Assembly (NCBI RefSeq): GCF_009914755.1
Contig: NC_060928.1
DNA length: 64,000 bases
Source: the human T2T-CHM13v2.0 reference genome, Homo sapiens
Direction: 5' to 3' (one strand)
Shown here: positions 12,871 through 28,400 of the stretch, in pieces
Position numbering within the stretch: the first letter of the stretch is position 1
How the letters are laid out: the number at the start of each line of letters is the position of its first letter
The notes under the pieces: generated by a model
What the model was told of the DNA's origin: nothing
What the model saw: only the letters and a program-made list of their open reading frames with translations
Databases searched by the model: none
Made by a program: the position numbers and the translations under genes

Positions 12871-15800
12871 TTGATATTTTATGTACAGTTTTTTATAAAT
12901 GTTTCGGTGCTTTCATATTTTATGTACAGTATATAATACATACAAAGGGCACTTTGATATTTTATGTACAGTATATAATACATACTTTGGGTACTCTGAT
13001 ATTTTATGTACAGTGTATAATACATACTTTGGGTACTTTGATATTTTATGTACAATATATAATACATACGTTGGGAACTTTGATATATTATGTACAGTAT
13101 ATAATACATACTTTGGGTACTTTGATATTTTATCTACAGTATACAACACATAGTTTGTGTACTTTGATATTTTAGGTACAGTATATAATACATACTTTGG
13201 GTACTTTGATATTTTATGTACAGTATATAATACATACATTGGGTACTTTCATATTTTATGTACAGTATATAATATATAGTTTGGTTACTTTGATATTTCA
13301 TCTACAGCTTATAATACATACTTTGGATACTTTGATACTTTATGTACAGTATATAATACATAATTTGGGTACTTTGTTATTTTATGTACAGTATACAATA
13401 TATAGTTTGAGTACTTTGATATTTTATGTGCAGTATAAAATATATAGTTTTGGTACTTTCATATTTTATGTACAGTATATAGTTTGAGTACTTTGATATT
13501 TTATGTACAGTTTTTTATAAATGTTTGGGTGCTTTCATATTTTATGTACAGTATATAATACATACTAAGGGCACTTTGATATTTTATGTACAGTATATAA
13601 TACATACCTTGGGTACTTTGATATTTTATGTACAGTATATAATACATAGTTTGGGTATTTTGATACTTTATGTACAGTATATAATACATACTTTGGGAAC
13701 TTTGATATTTTATGTACAGTATGTAGAACATACTTTGGGTACTTTGATATTTTATGTACAGGATATAATGCATACTTTGGGTACTTTGATAGTTTATGTA
13801 CAGTATATAATACATACTTTGGGTACTTTGATATTTTATGTATAGTATAAAATATATAGTTTGGGTACTTTGATATTTTATGTACAGTATGTAAAACATA
13901 CTTTGGGGAGTTTGATATTTTATGTACAGTATGTAAAACATACTTTGGGGAGTTTGATATTTTATGAACAGTATATAATACACATTTTGTGTACTTTGAT
14001 ATTTTATGTAAAGTATATAATACATACTTTGGGTACTTTGATATTTTATGTACAGTATATATTACATACTTTGGGTACTTTGATATTTTATGTACAGTAT
14101 ACAATATATAGTTTGAGTACTTTGATATTTTATGTACTGTATAAAATATATAGTTTTGGTACTTTGATATTTTATGTACAGTATATAGTTTGAGTACTTT
14201 GATATTTTATGTACAGTTTGTTATAAATATTTTGGTGCTTTCATATTTTATGTACTGTATATAATACATGCTTTGGGCACTTTGATATTTTATGTACAGT
14301 ATATAATACATACTTTGGGTAATCTGATATTTTATGTACAGTGTATAATATATACTTTGGGTACTTTGATATTTTATGTACACTATATAATACATACTAT
14401 TGGTACTTTGATATTTTATGTACAGTATACAATATATAGTTTGAGTACTTTGATATTTTATGTCCAGTATAAAATATATAGATTTCGTACTTTGATATTT
14501 TATGTACAGAATATAGTTTGAGTACTTTGATATTTTATGTACACTTTATTATAAAAGTTTGGGTACTTTCATATTTTACGTACAGTATATAATACATACT
14601 TTGGGCACTTTGATGTTTTATGCACAGTATATAATACATACTTTGGGTACTTTTATATTTTATGTACAGTATATAATACATGTTTTGGGTACTTTTCTAT
14701 TTTATGTACAGTATATAATGCATACTTTGGGTACTTTGATAGTTTATGTACAGTATACAATACATACTTTGGGTACTTTGATATTTTTTGTACAGTATAT
14801 AATATGTAGTTTGGGTACTTTGATATTTTAACTGCAGTATATAATACATACTTTGGGTACTTTGATATTTTATCTACAGTATATAATAGATACTTTGGGT
14901 ACTTTGATATATTATGTACAGTATATAATACATAGTTTGGTTACTTTGATATTTTTTGTACAGTATGTAAATCATACTTTGGGGAGTTTGATATTTTATG
15001 AAAAGTATATAATACACATTTTGGGTACTTTGATATTTTATGTACGGTATATAATACATACTTTGGGTACTTTGATATTTTATGTACAGTATATAATTCA
15101 TACTTTGGGTACTTTGATATTTTATGTACAGTATATAATACATACATTGGGTACTTCGATATTTTATGTGCAGTAACCTATGTATAGTTTGGGTACTTTG
15201 ATATTTTATGTCCAGTATAAAATAAATAGTTTTGGTACTTTGATATTTTATGTACAGTATATAGTTTGAGTACTTTGATATTTAATGTTCAGTTTATTAT
15301 AAATGTTTGGGTGCTTTCATATTTTATATACAGTATATAATACATACTTTGGGCACTTTGATATTTTCTGTACAGTATATAATACATACTTTGGGTACTT
15401 TGATATTTTATGTACGGTATATAATACATACATTGGGTACTTTGATATTTTATGTACAGTATATAATATATAGTTTGGTTACTTTGATATTTTATATACA
15501 GTATATAATATATATTATCTGTACTTTGATAAATTATGTACAGTATATAATATATAGTATGGGTTGTTTGATATTTTATGTACAGTATATAATATATAGT
15601 TTGGGTAGTTTGATATTTTTAGTACAGTATGTAATATATAGTTTGTTTTATTTGATATTTTATGTACAGTATACAATATATAGTGTTGGTACTTTGATAT
15701 TTCATGTAAAGTATATAATTTGAGTACTTTGATATTTTATATGCAGTTTATTATAAATGTTTGGGTACCTTCATATTTTATGTACAGTATATAATACATA

Positions 15801-18800
15801 CTTTGGGAACTTTTACTTTATGTGCAGTATATAATACATACTTTGGGTACTTTGATATTTTATGTACAGTATATAATATATACTTTGGGAACTTTGATAT
15901 TTTATGTACAGTATGTAAAACATACTTCGGGTACTTTGATATTTTATGTACAGTACATAATACATACTATTGGTACTTTGATATTTTATGTACATTATAC
16001 AATATATAGTTTGAGTACTTTGATATTTTATGTCCAGGATAAAATATATAGATTTCATACTTTAATATTTTATGTACAGAAGATAGTTTGAGTACTTTGA
16101 TATTGTATGTACACTTTATTATAAAAGTTTGGGTACTTTCATATTTTACGTACAGTACATAATACACACTTTGGGCACTTTGATGTTTTATGTACAGTAT
16201 ATAATACATACTTTAGGTTCTTTTATATTTTATGTACAGCATATAATACAAAATTTGGGGACTTTTATATTTTATGTACATTATATAATACATACTTTGG
16301 GTACTTTTATATTTTATGTACGGTATATAATACATACTTTGGGTACTTTGATATATTATGTACAGTATATAATACATACTTTGGGTACTTTGATATATTA
16401 TGTACAGTATATAATACATACTTAGGGTACTTTGACATTTTATGTACAGTATATAATACATACTTTGGGTACTTTGATATTTTATGAACAGTATATAAAA
16501 CATACTTTGGGTACTTTGATATTTTATGTACTGTATATAATACATACTTTGGGTACTTTTATATTTTATGTACAGTATATAATATATAGTTTGGGTACTT
16601 TGATATTTTATGTACGGTATATAATACATACGTTGGGTACTTTGATATTTTATGTATAGTATATAATACATTCTTTGGGTACTTTGATATTGTATGTACA
16701 GTATACAATATATAGTTTGAGTACTTTGATATTTTATGTACAGTTTTTTATAAATATTTTGGTGCTTTCATATTTTATGTACAGTATATAATACATACAA
16801 AGCGCACTTTGATATTTTATGTACAGTATATAATACATACTTTGGGTACTCTGATATTTTATGTACAGTGTATAATACATACTTTGGGTACTTTGATATT
16901 TTATGTACAATATATAATACATACGTTGGGAACTTTGATATATTATGTACAGTATATAATTCATACTTTGGGTACTTTGATATTTTATGTACAGTATATA
17001 ATACATAGTTTGTGTACTTTGATATTTTATGTACAGTATATAATACATACTTTGGGTACTTTGATATTTTATATACAGTATATAATACATACTTTGGGTA
17101 CTTTCATATTTTATGTACAGTATATAATACATACTTTGGGTAGTTTGATATTTTATGTACAGTATACAATATATAGTTTGAGTACTTTGATATTTTATGT
17201 GCAGTATAAAATATATAGTTTTGGTACTTTGATATTTTATGTACAGTTTATAGTTTGAATACTTTGATATTTTATGTACAGTTTATTATAAATGTTTGGG
17301 TACTTTCATATTTGATGTACAGTATATAATACATAATCTGGGCACTTTGATATTTTATGTACAGTATATAATACATACTTTGGGTACTTTGATATTTTAT
17401 GTACAGTATATAATACATACTTTGGGTATCTTGATATTTTATGTACAGTATATAATGCATACTTTGGGTTCTTTGATATTTTATGTACAGTATATAATGC
17501 ATACTTTGAGTACTTTGATATTTTATATACAGTATATAATACATACTTTGGGTACTTTCATATTTTATGTACAGTATATAATACATACTTTGTGTAGTTT
17601 CATATTTTATGTACAGTATACAATATATAGTTTGAGTACTTTGATATTTTATGTCCAGTATAAAATATATAGTTTTCGTAATTCATATTTTATGTACAGA
17701 ATATAGTTTGAGTACTTTGATATTTTATGTACACTTTATTATAAATGTTTGGGTACTTTCATATTTTATGTACAGTATATAATACATACTTTGGTCTCTT
17801 TGATGTTTTATGTACAGTATATAATACATACTTTGGGTTCTTTGATATTTTATGTGCAGAATATAATGCATAGTTTTAGGTACTTTTATATTTTATGTAC
17901 AGTATATAATACATACTTTTCGTACTTTGATATTTTATATACAGTATATAATACATACTTTGGGTACTTTTATATTTTATGTACAGTATATAATACATAC
18001 TTTGGGTACTTTGATATATTATGTACAGTATATAATACATAATTTGTCTACTGTGATATATTATGTACAGTATATAATACATACTTTGGGTACTTTGATA
18101 TTTTATGTACAGAATATAATGCATACTTTGGGTACTTTGATATTTTATGTACAGTATATAATACATACTTTGGGTACTTTGATATTTTATGTACAGTATA
18201 TAATACATACTTTGGTACTTTTATATTTCATGTACAGTATATAATATATAGTTTGGGTACTTTGATATTTTATGTACAGTATATAATATATAGTTTGGGT
18301 ACTTTGATATTTTATGTACGGTATATAATACATACTTTGGGTACTTTGACATTTTATGTATAGTATATAATACATACTTTGGGTACTTTGATATTGTATG
18401 TACAGTATACAATATATAGTTTGAGTACTTTGATATTTTATGTACTGTATAAAATATATAGTTTTGGTACTTTGATATTTTATGTATAGTATATAGTTTG
18501 AGTACTTTGATATTTTATGTACAGTTTTTTATAAATATTTGGGTGCTTTCTTATTTTATGTACAGTATATAATACATACTAAGCGCACTTTGATATTTTA
18601 TGTACAGTATAGAATACATACTTTGGTTACTCTGATATTTTATGTACAGTGTATAATACATACTTTGGGTACTTTGATATTTTATGTACAATATATAATA
18701 CATACGTTGGGAACTTTGATATATTATGTACAGTATATAATTCATACTTTGGGTACTTTGATATTTTATGTACAGTATATAATGCATAGTTTGTGTACTT

Positions 18801-20009
18801 TGATATTTTATGTACAGTATATAATACATACTTTGGGTACTTTGATATTTTATATACAGTATATAATACATACTTTGGGTACTTTCATATTTTATGTACA
18901 GTATATAATATATAGTTTGGGTACTTTGATATTTTATCTACAGCTTCTAATACATACTTTGGGTACTTTGATATTTTATGTACAGTATATAATACATACT
19001 TTGGGTAGTTTGATATTTTATGTATAGTATACAATATATAGTTTGAGTACTTTCATATTTTATCTGCAGTATAAAATATATAGTTTTGGTACTTTGATAT
19101 TTTATGTACAGTTTATAGTTTGAGTACTTTGATATTTTATGTACAGTTTATTATAAATGGTTGGGTACTTTCATATTTGATGTACAGTATATAATACATA
19201 ATTTGGGCACTTTGATATTTTATGTACAGTATATAATACATACTTTGGGTACTTTTATATTTTATGTTCAGTATATAATACATAATTTGGGTACTTTGAT
19301 ATTTAATGTACAGTATATAATACACACTTTGCGTACTTTGATATTTTATGTAAAGCATGTAATACATACTTTGGGCACTTTGATATTTTATGTACAGTAT
19401 GTAATACACACTTTGGGTACTTTGATATTTTATGTACAGTATGTAAAAGATACTTTGGGTAGTTTGATATATTATGTACAGTATATAATACATACTTTGG
19501 GTACTCTGATATTTTATGTACAGTGTATAATACATACTTTGGGTACTTTGATATTTTATGTACAGTATATAATACATACATTGGGTACTTTGATATATTA
19601 TGTACAGTATATAATACTTACTTGGGGTACTTTGATGTTTTATGTACAGTATATAATACATACTTTGTGTACTTTGATATTTTATGTACAGTATATAATA
19701 CATACTTTGGGTACTTTGATATTTTATGTACAGTATATAATACATACTTTGGGTATCTTGATATTTTATGTACAGTATATAATGCATACTTTGGGTACTT
19801 TGATATTTTATGTACAGTATATAATGCATACTTTGAGTACTTTGATATTTTATGTACAGCATGTAATACATACTTTGGGTACTTTGATATTTTTTGTACA
19901 GTATGTAATACATAATTTGGGTACTTTAATATTTTATGTATAGTATATAATACATACTTCGGGTTCTTTGATATTTTATGTACAGTATATAATACATACA
20001 TTGGGTACC

Positions 20010-23000
20010 TTCATATTTCATGTACAGTATATAATATATAGTTTGGATACTTTGGTATATTATGTACTGTATATAATACATACTTTGAGTACTTTGATAT
20101 TTTATGTACAGTATATAATACATACTTTGCGTACTTTGATATTTTATGTCCAGTATAGAATATATAGTTTTGGTAGTTTGATATTTTATGTACAGTATAT
20201 AGTTTGAGTACTTTCACATTTTATGTACAGTTTATTATAAATGTTTGGGTGTTTTCATATTTTATGTACTGTATATAATACATACATTGGGCACTTTGAT
20301 ATATTATGTACAGTATATAATACATACTTTGGGTACTCTGATATTTTATGTACAGTATATAATACACACTTTGGGTACTTTGATATTTTATGTACAGGAT
20401 ATAATGCATACTTTGGGTACTTTGATAGTTTATGTACAGTATATAATACATACTTTGGGTACTTTGATATTCTATGTATAGTATAAAATATACAGTTTGG
20501 GTACTTTGATATTTTATGTACAGTATGTAAAACATACTTTGGGGAGTTTGATATTTTATGTACAGTATGTAAAACATACTTTGGGGAGTTTGATATTTTA
20601 TGAACAGTATATAATACACATTTTGTGTACTTTGATATTTTATGTACAGTATATAATACATACTTTGGGTACTTTGATATTTTATGTACAGTATATAATA
20701 CATACTTTGGGTACTTTGATATTTTATCTACAGTATACAATATATAGTTTGAGTACTTTGATATTTTATGTACTGTATAAAATATATAGTTTTGGTACTT
20801 TGATATTTTATGTACAGTATATAGTTTGAGTACTTTGATATTTTATGTACAGTTTGTTATAAATATTTGGGTGCTTTCATATTTTATGTACTGTATATAA
20901 TACATGCTTTAGGCACTTTGATATTTTATGTACAGTATATAATACATACTTTGGGTACTCTGATATTTTATGTACAGTGTATAATACATACTTTGGGTAC
21001 TTTGATATTTTATGTACAGTATATAATGCATACATTGGGTACTTTGATATATTATGTACAGTATATAATACTTACTTGGGGTACTTTGATATTTTATGTA
21101 CAGTATATAATACATAGCTTGTGTACTTTGATATTTTATGTACATTATATAATACATACTATTGGTACTTTGATATTTTATGTACAGTATACAATATATT
21201 GTTTGAGTACTTTGATATTTTATGTCCGGTATAAAATATATAGATTTCGTACTTTGATATTTTATGTACAGAATATAGTTTGAATACTTTGATATTTTAT
21301 GTACACTTTATTATAAAAGTTTGGGTACTTTCATATTTTACGTACAGTATGTAATACATACTTTGGGCACTTTGATGTTTTATGCACAGTATATAATACA
21401 TACTTTGGGTACTTTTATATTTTATGTACACTATATAATACATAGTTTGGGTACTTTGATATTTAATATACAGTATAAAATGCACACTTTGCGTACTTTG
21501 ATATTTTATGTAAAGTATGTAATACATACTTTGGGTAGTTTGATATTTTATGTACAGTATGTAATACACACTTTGGGTACTTTGATATTTTATGTACAGT
21601 ATGTAAAACATACTTTGGGTAGTTTGATATTTTATGATCAGTATATAATACACATTTTGGGTACTTTGATATTTTATGTACAGTGTATAATACATACTTT
21701 GGGTACTTTGATATTTTATGTACAGGATATAATGCATACTTTGGGTACTTTGATAGCTTATGTACAGTATATAATACTTACTTTGGGTACTTTGATATTT
21801 TATATATAGTATAAAATATATAGTTTGGGTAGTTTGATATTTTAAGTATAGTATATGATACAAACTTTGGGTACTTAGATATTTTATCTACAGTGTATAA
21901 TAAATACTATGGGTACTTTGATATATTATGTACAATAGATAATACATACTTTGGGTACTTTGATATTTTATGTACAGTATATCATACATACTTTGGGTAC
22001 TTTGATATTTTATGTACAGTATATAATACATACATTGGGTGATTTCTTATTTCATGTACACTATATAATATATAGTTTGGATACTTTGGTATATTATGTA
22101 CTGTATATAATACATATTTTGAGTATTTTGATATTTTATGTACAGTATATAATACATACTTTGGGTACTTTGATATTTTATGTACAGTATATAATGCATA
22201 ATTTGGGTACTTCAATAGCTAATGCACAGTATATAATACATACTTTGGGTAATTTGATATTTTATGTACAGTATATAATGCATACTTTGGGTACTTTGAT
22301 AGTTTATGTACAGTATACAATACATACTTTGGGTACTTTGATATTTTATGTACAGTATATAATATGTAGTTTGGGTACTTTGATATTTTAACTACAGTAT
22401 ATAATACATACTTTGGGTACTTTGATATTTTATCTACAGTATATAATAGATACTTTGGGTACTTTGATATATTATGTACAGTATATAATACATACTTTGG
22501 GTACTTTGATATTTTATGTACAGTATATAATACATACTTTGGGTACTTTGATATTTTATGTACAGTATATAATACATACTTTCGGTACTTTGATATTTTA
22601 TGTACAGTATATAATATATAGTTTGGGTACTTTGATATTTTATGTACAGTATATAATATATAGTTTGGGTACTTTGATATTTTATGTACAGTATATAATA
22701 CATACTTTGGGTACTTTGATATTTTATGTACAGTATATAATACATACTTTGGGTACTTTGATATTTTATTTACAGTATATAATATATAGTTTGGGTACTT
22801 TGATAATTTATGTATAGTGTATAACACATACTTTGGGTTCTTTCATATTTTATGTACAGTATATAATACATACTTTGGGTACTTTGATATTTTATGTACA
22901 GTATATAATACATACTTTGGGAATTTTCATATTTCATGTACACTTTATAATATATAGTTTGGGTACTTTGGTATATTATGTACTGTATATAATACATACT

Positions 23001-25410
23001 TTGAGTACTTTGATATTTTATGTACAGTGTATAATACATACTTTGCGTACTTTGATATTTTATGTCCAGTATAGAATATATAGTTTTGGTAGTTTGATAT
23101 TTTATGTACAGTATGTAGTTTGAGTACTTTCACATTTTATGTACAGTTTATTATAAATGTTTGGGTGTTTTCATATTTTATGTACTCTATATAATACATA
23201 CATTGGGCACTTTGATATATTATGTACAGTATATAATACATACTTTGGGTACTCTGATATTTTATGTACAGTATATAATACACACTTTGGGTACTTTGAT
23301 ATTTTATGTACAGGATATAATGCATACTTTGGGTACTTTGATAGTTTATGTACAGTATATAATACATACTTTGGGTACTTTGATATTTTATGTATAGTAT
23401 AAAATATACAGTTTGGGTACTTTGATATTTTATGTACAGTATGTAAAACATACTTTGGGGAGTTTGATATTTCATGTACAGTATGTAAAACATACTTTGG
23501 GGAGTTTGATATTTTATGAACAGTATATAATACACATTTTGTGTACTTTGATATTTTATGTACAGTATATAATACATACATTGGGTACTTTGATATTTTA
23601 TGTACAGTATATAATACATACTTTGGGTACTTTGATATTTTATGTACAGTATACAATATATAGTTTGAGTACTTTGATATTTTATGTACTGTATAAAATA
23701 TATAGTTTTGGTACTTTGATATTTTATGTACAGTATATAGTTTGAGTACTTTGATATTTTATGTACAGTTTGTTATAAATATTTGGGTGCTTTCATATTT
23801 TATGTACTGTATATAATACATGCTTTAGGCACTTTGATATTTTATGTACAGTATATAATACATACTTTGGGTACTCTGATATTTTATGTACAGTGTATAA
23901 TACATACTTTGGGTACTTTGTTATTTTATGTACAGTATATAATACATACATTGGGTACTTTGATATATTATATACAGTATATAATACTTACTTGGGGTAC
24001 TTTGATATTTTATGTACAGTATATAATACACAGTTTGTGTACTTTGATATTTTATGTACAGTATATAATACATATTATTGGTACTTTGATATTTTATGTA
24101 CAGTATAGAATATATAGTTTGAGTACTTTGATATTTTATGTCCAGTATAAAATATATAGATTTCGTACTTTGATATTTTATGTACAGAATATAGTTTGAG
24201 TACTTTGATATTTTATGTACAATTTATTATAAAAGTTTGGGTACTTTCATATTTTACGTACAGTATATAATACATACTTTGGGCACTTTGATGTTTTATG
24301 CACAGTATATAATACATACTTTGGGTACTTTTATATTTTATGTACAGTATATAATACATAGTTTGGGTACTTTGATATTTAATATACAGTATATAACGCA
24401 CACTTTGCGTACTTTGATATTTTATGTAAAGTATGTAATACATACTTTGGGTAGTTTGATATTTTATGTACAGTATGTAATACACACTTTGGGTACTTTG
24501 ATATTTTATGTACAGTATGTAAAACATACTTTGGGTAGTTTGATATTTTATGATCAGTATATAATACACATTTTGGGTACTTTGATATTTTATGTACAGT
24601 ATATAATACATACTTTGGGTACTTTGATATTTTATGTACAGGATATAATGCATACTTTGGGTACTTTGATAGCTTATGTACAGTATATAATACTTACTTT
24701 GGGTACTTTGATATTTTATATATAGTATAAAATATATAGTTTGGGTAGTTTGATATTTTAAGTATAGTATATGATACAAACTTTGGGTACTTAGATATTT
24801 TATCTACAGTGTATAATAAATACTATGGGTACTTTGATATATTATGTACAATAGATAATACATACTTTGGGTACTTTGATATTTTATGTACAGTATATAA
24901 TACATACTTTGGGTACTTTGATATTTTATGTGCAGTATATAATACATACATTGGGTGCTTTCATATTTCATGTACACTATATAATATATAGTTTGGGTAC
25001 TTTGGTATATTATGTACTGTATATAATACATACTTTGAGTATTTTGATATTTTATGTACAGTATATAATACATACTTTGGGTACTTTGATATTTTATGTA
25101 CAGTATATAATGCATAATTTGGGTACTTCAATAATTTATGCACAGTATATAATACATACTTTGGGTAATTTGATATTTTATGTACAGTATATAATGCATA
25201 CTTTGGGTACTTTGATAGTTTATGTACAGTATACAATACATACTTTGGGTACTTTGATATTTTATGTACAGTATATAATATGTAGTTTGGGTACTTTGAT
25301 ATTTTAACTACAGAATATAATACATACTTTGGGTACTTTGATATTTTATCTACAGTATATAATAGATACTTTGGGTACTTTGATATATTATGTACAGTAT
25401 ATAATACATA
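20010..25410. repeat. Older tandem duplication, period 2916 bp (70 monomers = 3x76 + 64x42)
   Basis: ORF pairs at offset 2916 (20221/23137, 20867/23783, 21321/24237, 21951/24867, 22413/25329). Shared variants include CTTTCACATT, GATAGCTTA and ATATGATACAAA, with several substitutions between copies. The segment at about 22495-22925 is unmatched. Confidence 0.88.
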
Positions 25411-28400
25411 GTTTGGTTACTTTGATATTTTTTGTACAGTATGTAAAACATACTTTGGGGAGTTTGATATTTTATGAACAGTATATAATACACATTTTGG
25501 GTACTTTGATATTTTATGTACGGTATATAATACATACTTTGGGTACTTTGATATTTTATGTACAGTATATAATTCATACTTTGGGTACTTTGATATTTTA
25601 TGTACAGTATATAATACATACATTGGGTACTTCGATATTTTATGTGCAGTACCCTATATATAGTACGGGTACTTTGATATTTTATGTCCAGTATAAAATA
25701 AATAGTTTTGGTACTTTGATATTTTATGTACAGTATATAGTTTGAGTACTTTGATATTTAATGTTCAGTTTATTATAAATGTTTGGGTGCTTTCATATTT
25801 TATATACAGTATATAATACATACTTTGGGCACTTTGAAATTTTCTGTACAGTATATAATACATACTTTGGGTACTTTGATATTTTATATACAGTATATAA
25901 TATATATTATGTGTACTTTGATATATTATGTACAGTATATAATATATAGTATGGGTTGTTTGATATTTTATGTACAGTATATAATATATAGTTTGGGTAG
26001 TATGATATTTTTAGTACAGTCTGTAATATATAGTTTGTTTTATTTGATATTTTATGTACAGTATACAATATATAGTATTGGTACTTTGATATTTCATGTA
26101 AAGTATATAGTTTGAGTACTTTGATATTTTATATGCAGTTTATTATAAATGTTTGGGTACCTTCATATTTTATGTTCAGTATATAATACATACTTTGGGA
26201 ACTTTTATTTTATGTGCAGTATATAATACATAGTTTGGGTACTTTGATATTCCATGTACAGTATATAATACACACTTTGGGTACTTTGATATTTTATGTA
26301 CAGTATATAATACACACTTTGGGTACTTTGATATTTTATGTACAGTATATAATACATACTTTGGGTGCTTTGATATATTATGTACAGTATATAATACATA
26401 CTTTGGGTACTTTGATATTTTATGTACAGTATGTAGTACACACTTTGGGTACTTTGATATTTTATGTACAGTATGTAAAACATACTTTGGGTACTTTCAT
26501 GTTTTATGTACAGTATATAATATATAGTTTGGGTACTTTGATATTTTATGTACGATATATAATACATACTTTGGGTACTTTGATATTTTATGTACAGTAT
26601 ATAATACATACTTTGGGTACTTTGATATTTTATGTACAGTATACAATATATAGTTTGAGTACTTTGATATTTTATGTACTGTATAAAATATATAGTTTTC
26701 GTACTTTGATATTTTATGTACAGTATATAGTTTGAGTACTTTGATATTTTATGTACAGTTTTTTATAAATGTTTGGGTACTTTCATATTTTATGTACAGT
26801 ATATAATACATACAAAGGGCACTTTGATATTTTATGTACAGTATATAATACATACTTTGGGTACTCTGATATTTTATGTACAGTGTATAATACATACTTT
26901 GGGTACTTTGATATTTTATGTACAATATATAATACATACGTTGGGAACTTTGATATATTATGTACAGTATATAATACATACTTTGGGTACTTTGATATTT
27001 TATCTACAGTATACAACACATAGTTTGTGTACTTTGATATTTTATGTACAGTATATAATACATACTTTGGGTACTTTGATATTTTATGTACAGTATATAA
27101 TACATACTTTGGGTACTTTCATATTTTATGTACAGTATATAATATATAGTTTGGGTACTTTGATATTTTATCTACAGCTTATAATACATACTTTGGATAC
27201 TTTGATATTTTATGTACAGTATATAATACATACTTTGGGTACTTTCATGTTTTATGTACAGTATATAATATATAGTTTGGATACTTTGATATTTTATCTA
27301 CAGCTTATAATACTTACTTTGGGTAATTTGATATTTTATGTACAGTAGATAATACATACTTTGGGTAGTTTGATATTTTATGTACAGTATACAATATATA
27401 GTTTGAGTACTTTGATATTTTATGTGCTGTATAAAATATATTGTGTTGGTACTTTGATGTTTTATGTACAGTATATATTTTGAGTTCTTTGATATTTTGT
27501 GTACAGTTTATTATAAATGTTTGGGTACTTTCATATTTGATGTATAGTATATAATACATAGTTTGTGTACTTTGATATTTTATGTACAGTATGTAAAACA
27601 TACTTTGGGGAGTTTGATATTTTATGAACAGTATATAATACACATTTTGGGTACTTTGATATTTTATGTCCAGTATAAAATAAATAGTTTTGGTACTTTG
27701 ATATTTTATGTACAGTATATAGTTTGAGTACTTTGATATGTAATGTACAGTTTATTGTAAATGTTTGGGTGCTTTCATATTTTATATACAGTATATAATA
27801 CATACTTTGGGCACTTTGATATTTTCTGTACAGTATATAATACATACTTTGGGTACTTTGATATTTTATGTACGGTATATAATACATACATTGGGTACTT
27901 TGATTTTTTTGTACAGTATATAATATATAGTTTGGGTACTTTGATATTTTATATACAGTATATAATATATATTATGTGTACTTTGATATATTATGTACAG
28001 TATATAATATATAGTATGGGTTGTTTGATATTTTATGTACAGTATATAATATATAGTGTGAGTACTTTGATATTTTAAGTACAGTATGTAATATATAGTT
28101 TGTGTTATTTGATATTTTATGTACAGTATACAATATATAGTATTGGTACTTTGAAATTTCATGTAAAGTATATAGTTTGAGTACTTTGATATTTTATATA
28201 CAGTTTATTATAAATGTTTGGGTACCTTCATATTTTATGTACAGTATATAATACATACTTTGGGAACTTTTATTTTATGTGCAGTATATAATACATACTT
28301 TGGGTACTTTGATATTTTATGTACAGTATATAATACACACTTTGGGTACTTTGATATTTTATGTACAGTATATAATACACACTTTGGGTAGTTTGATATT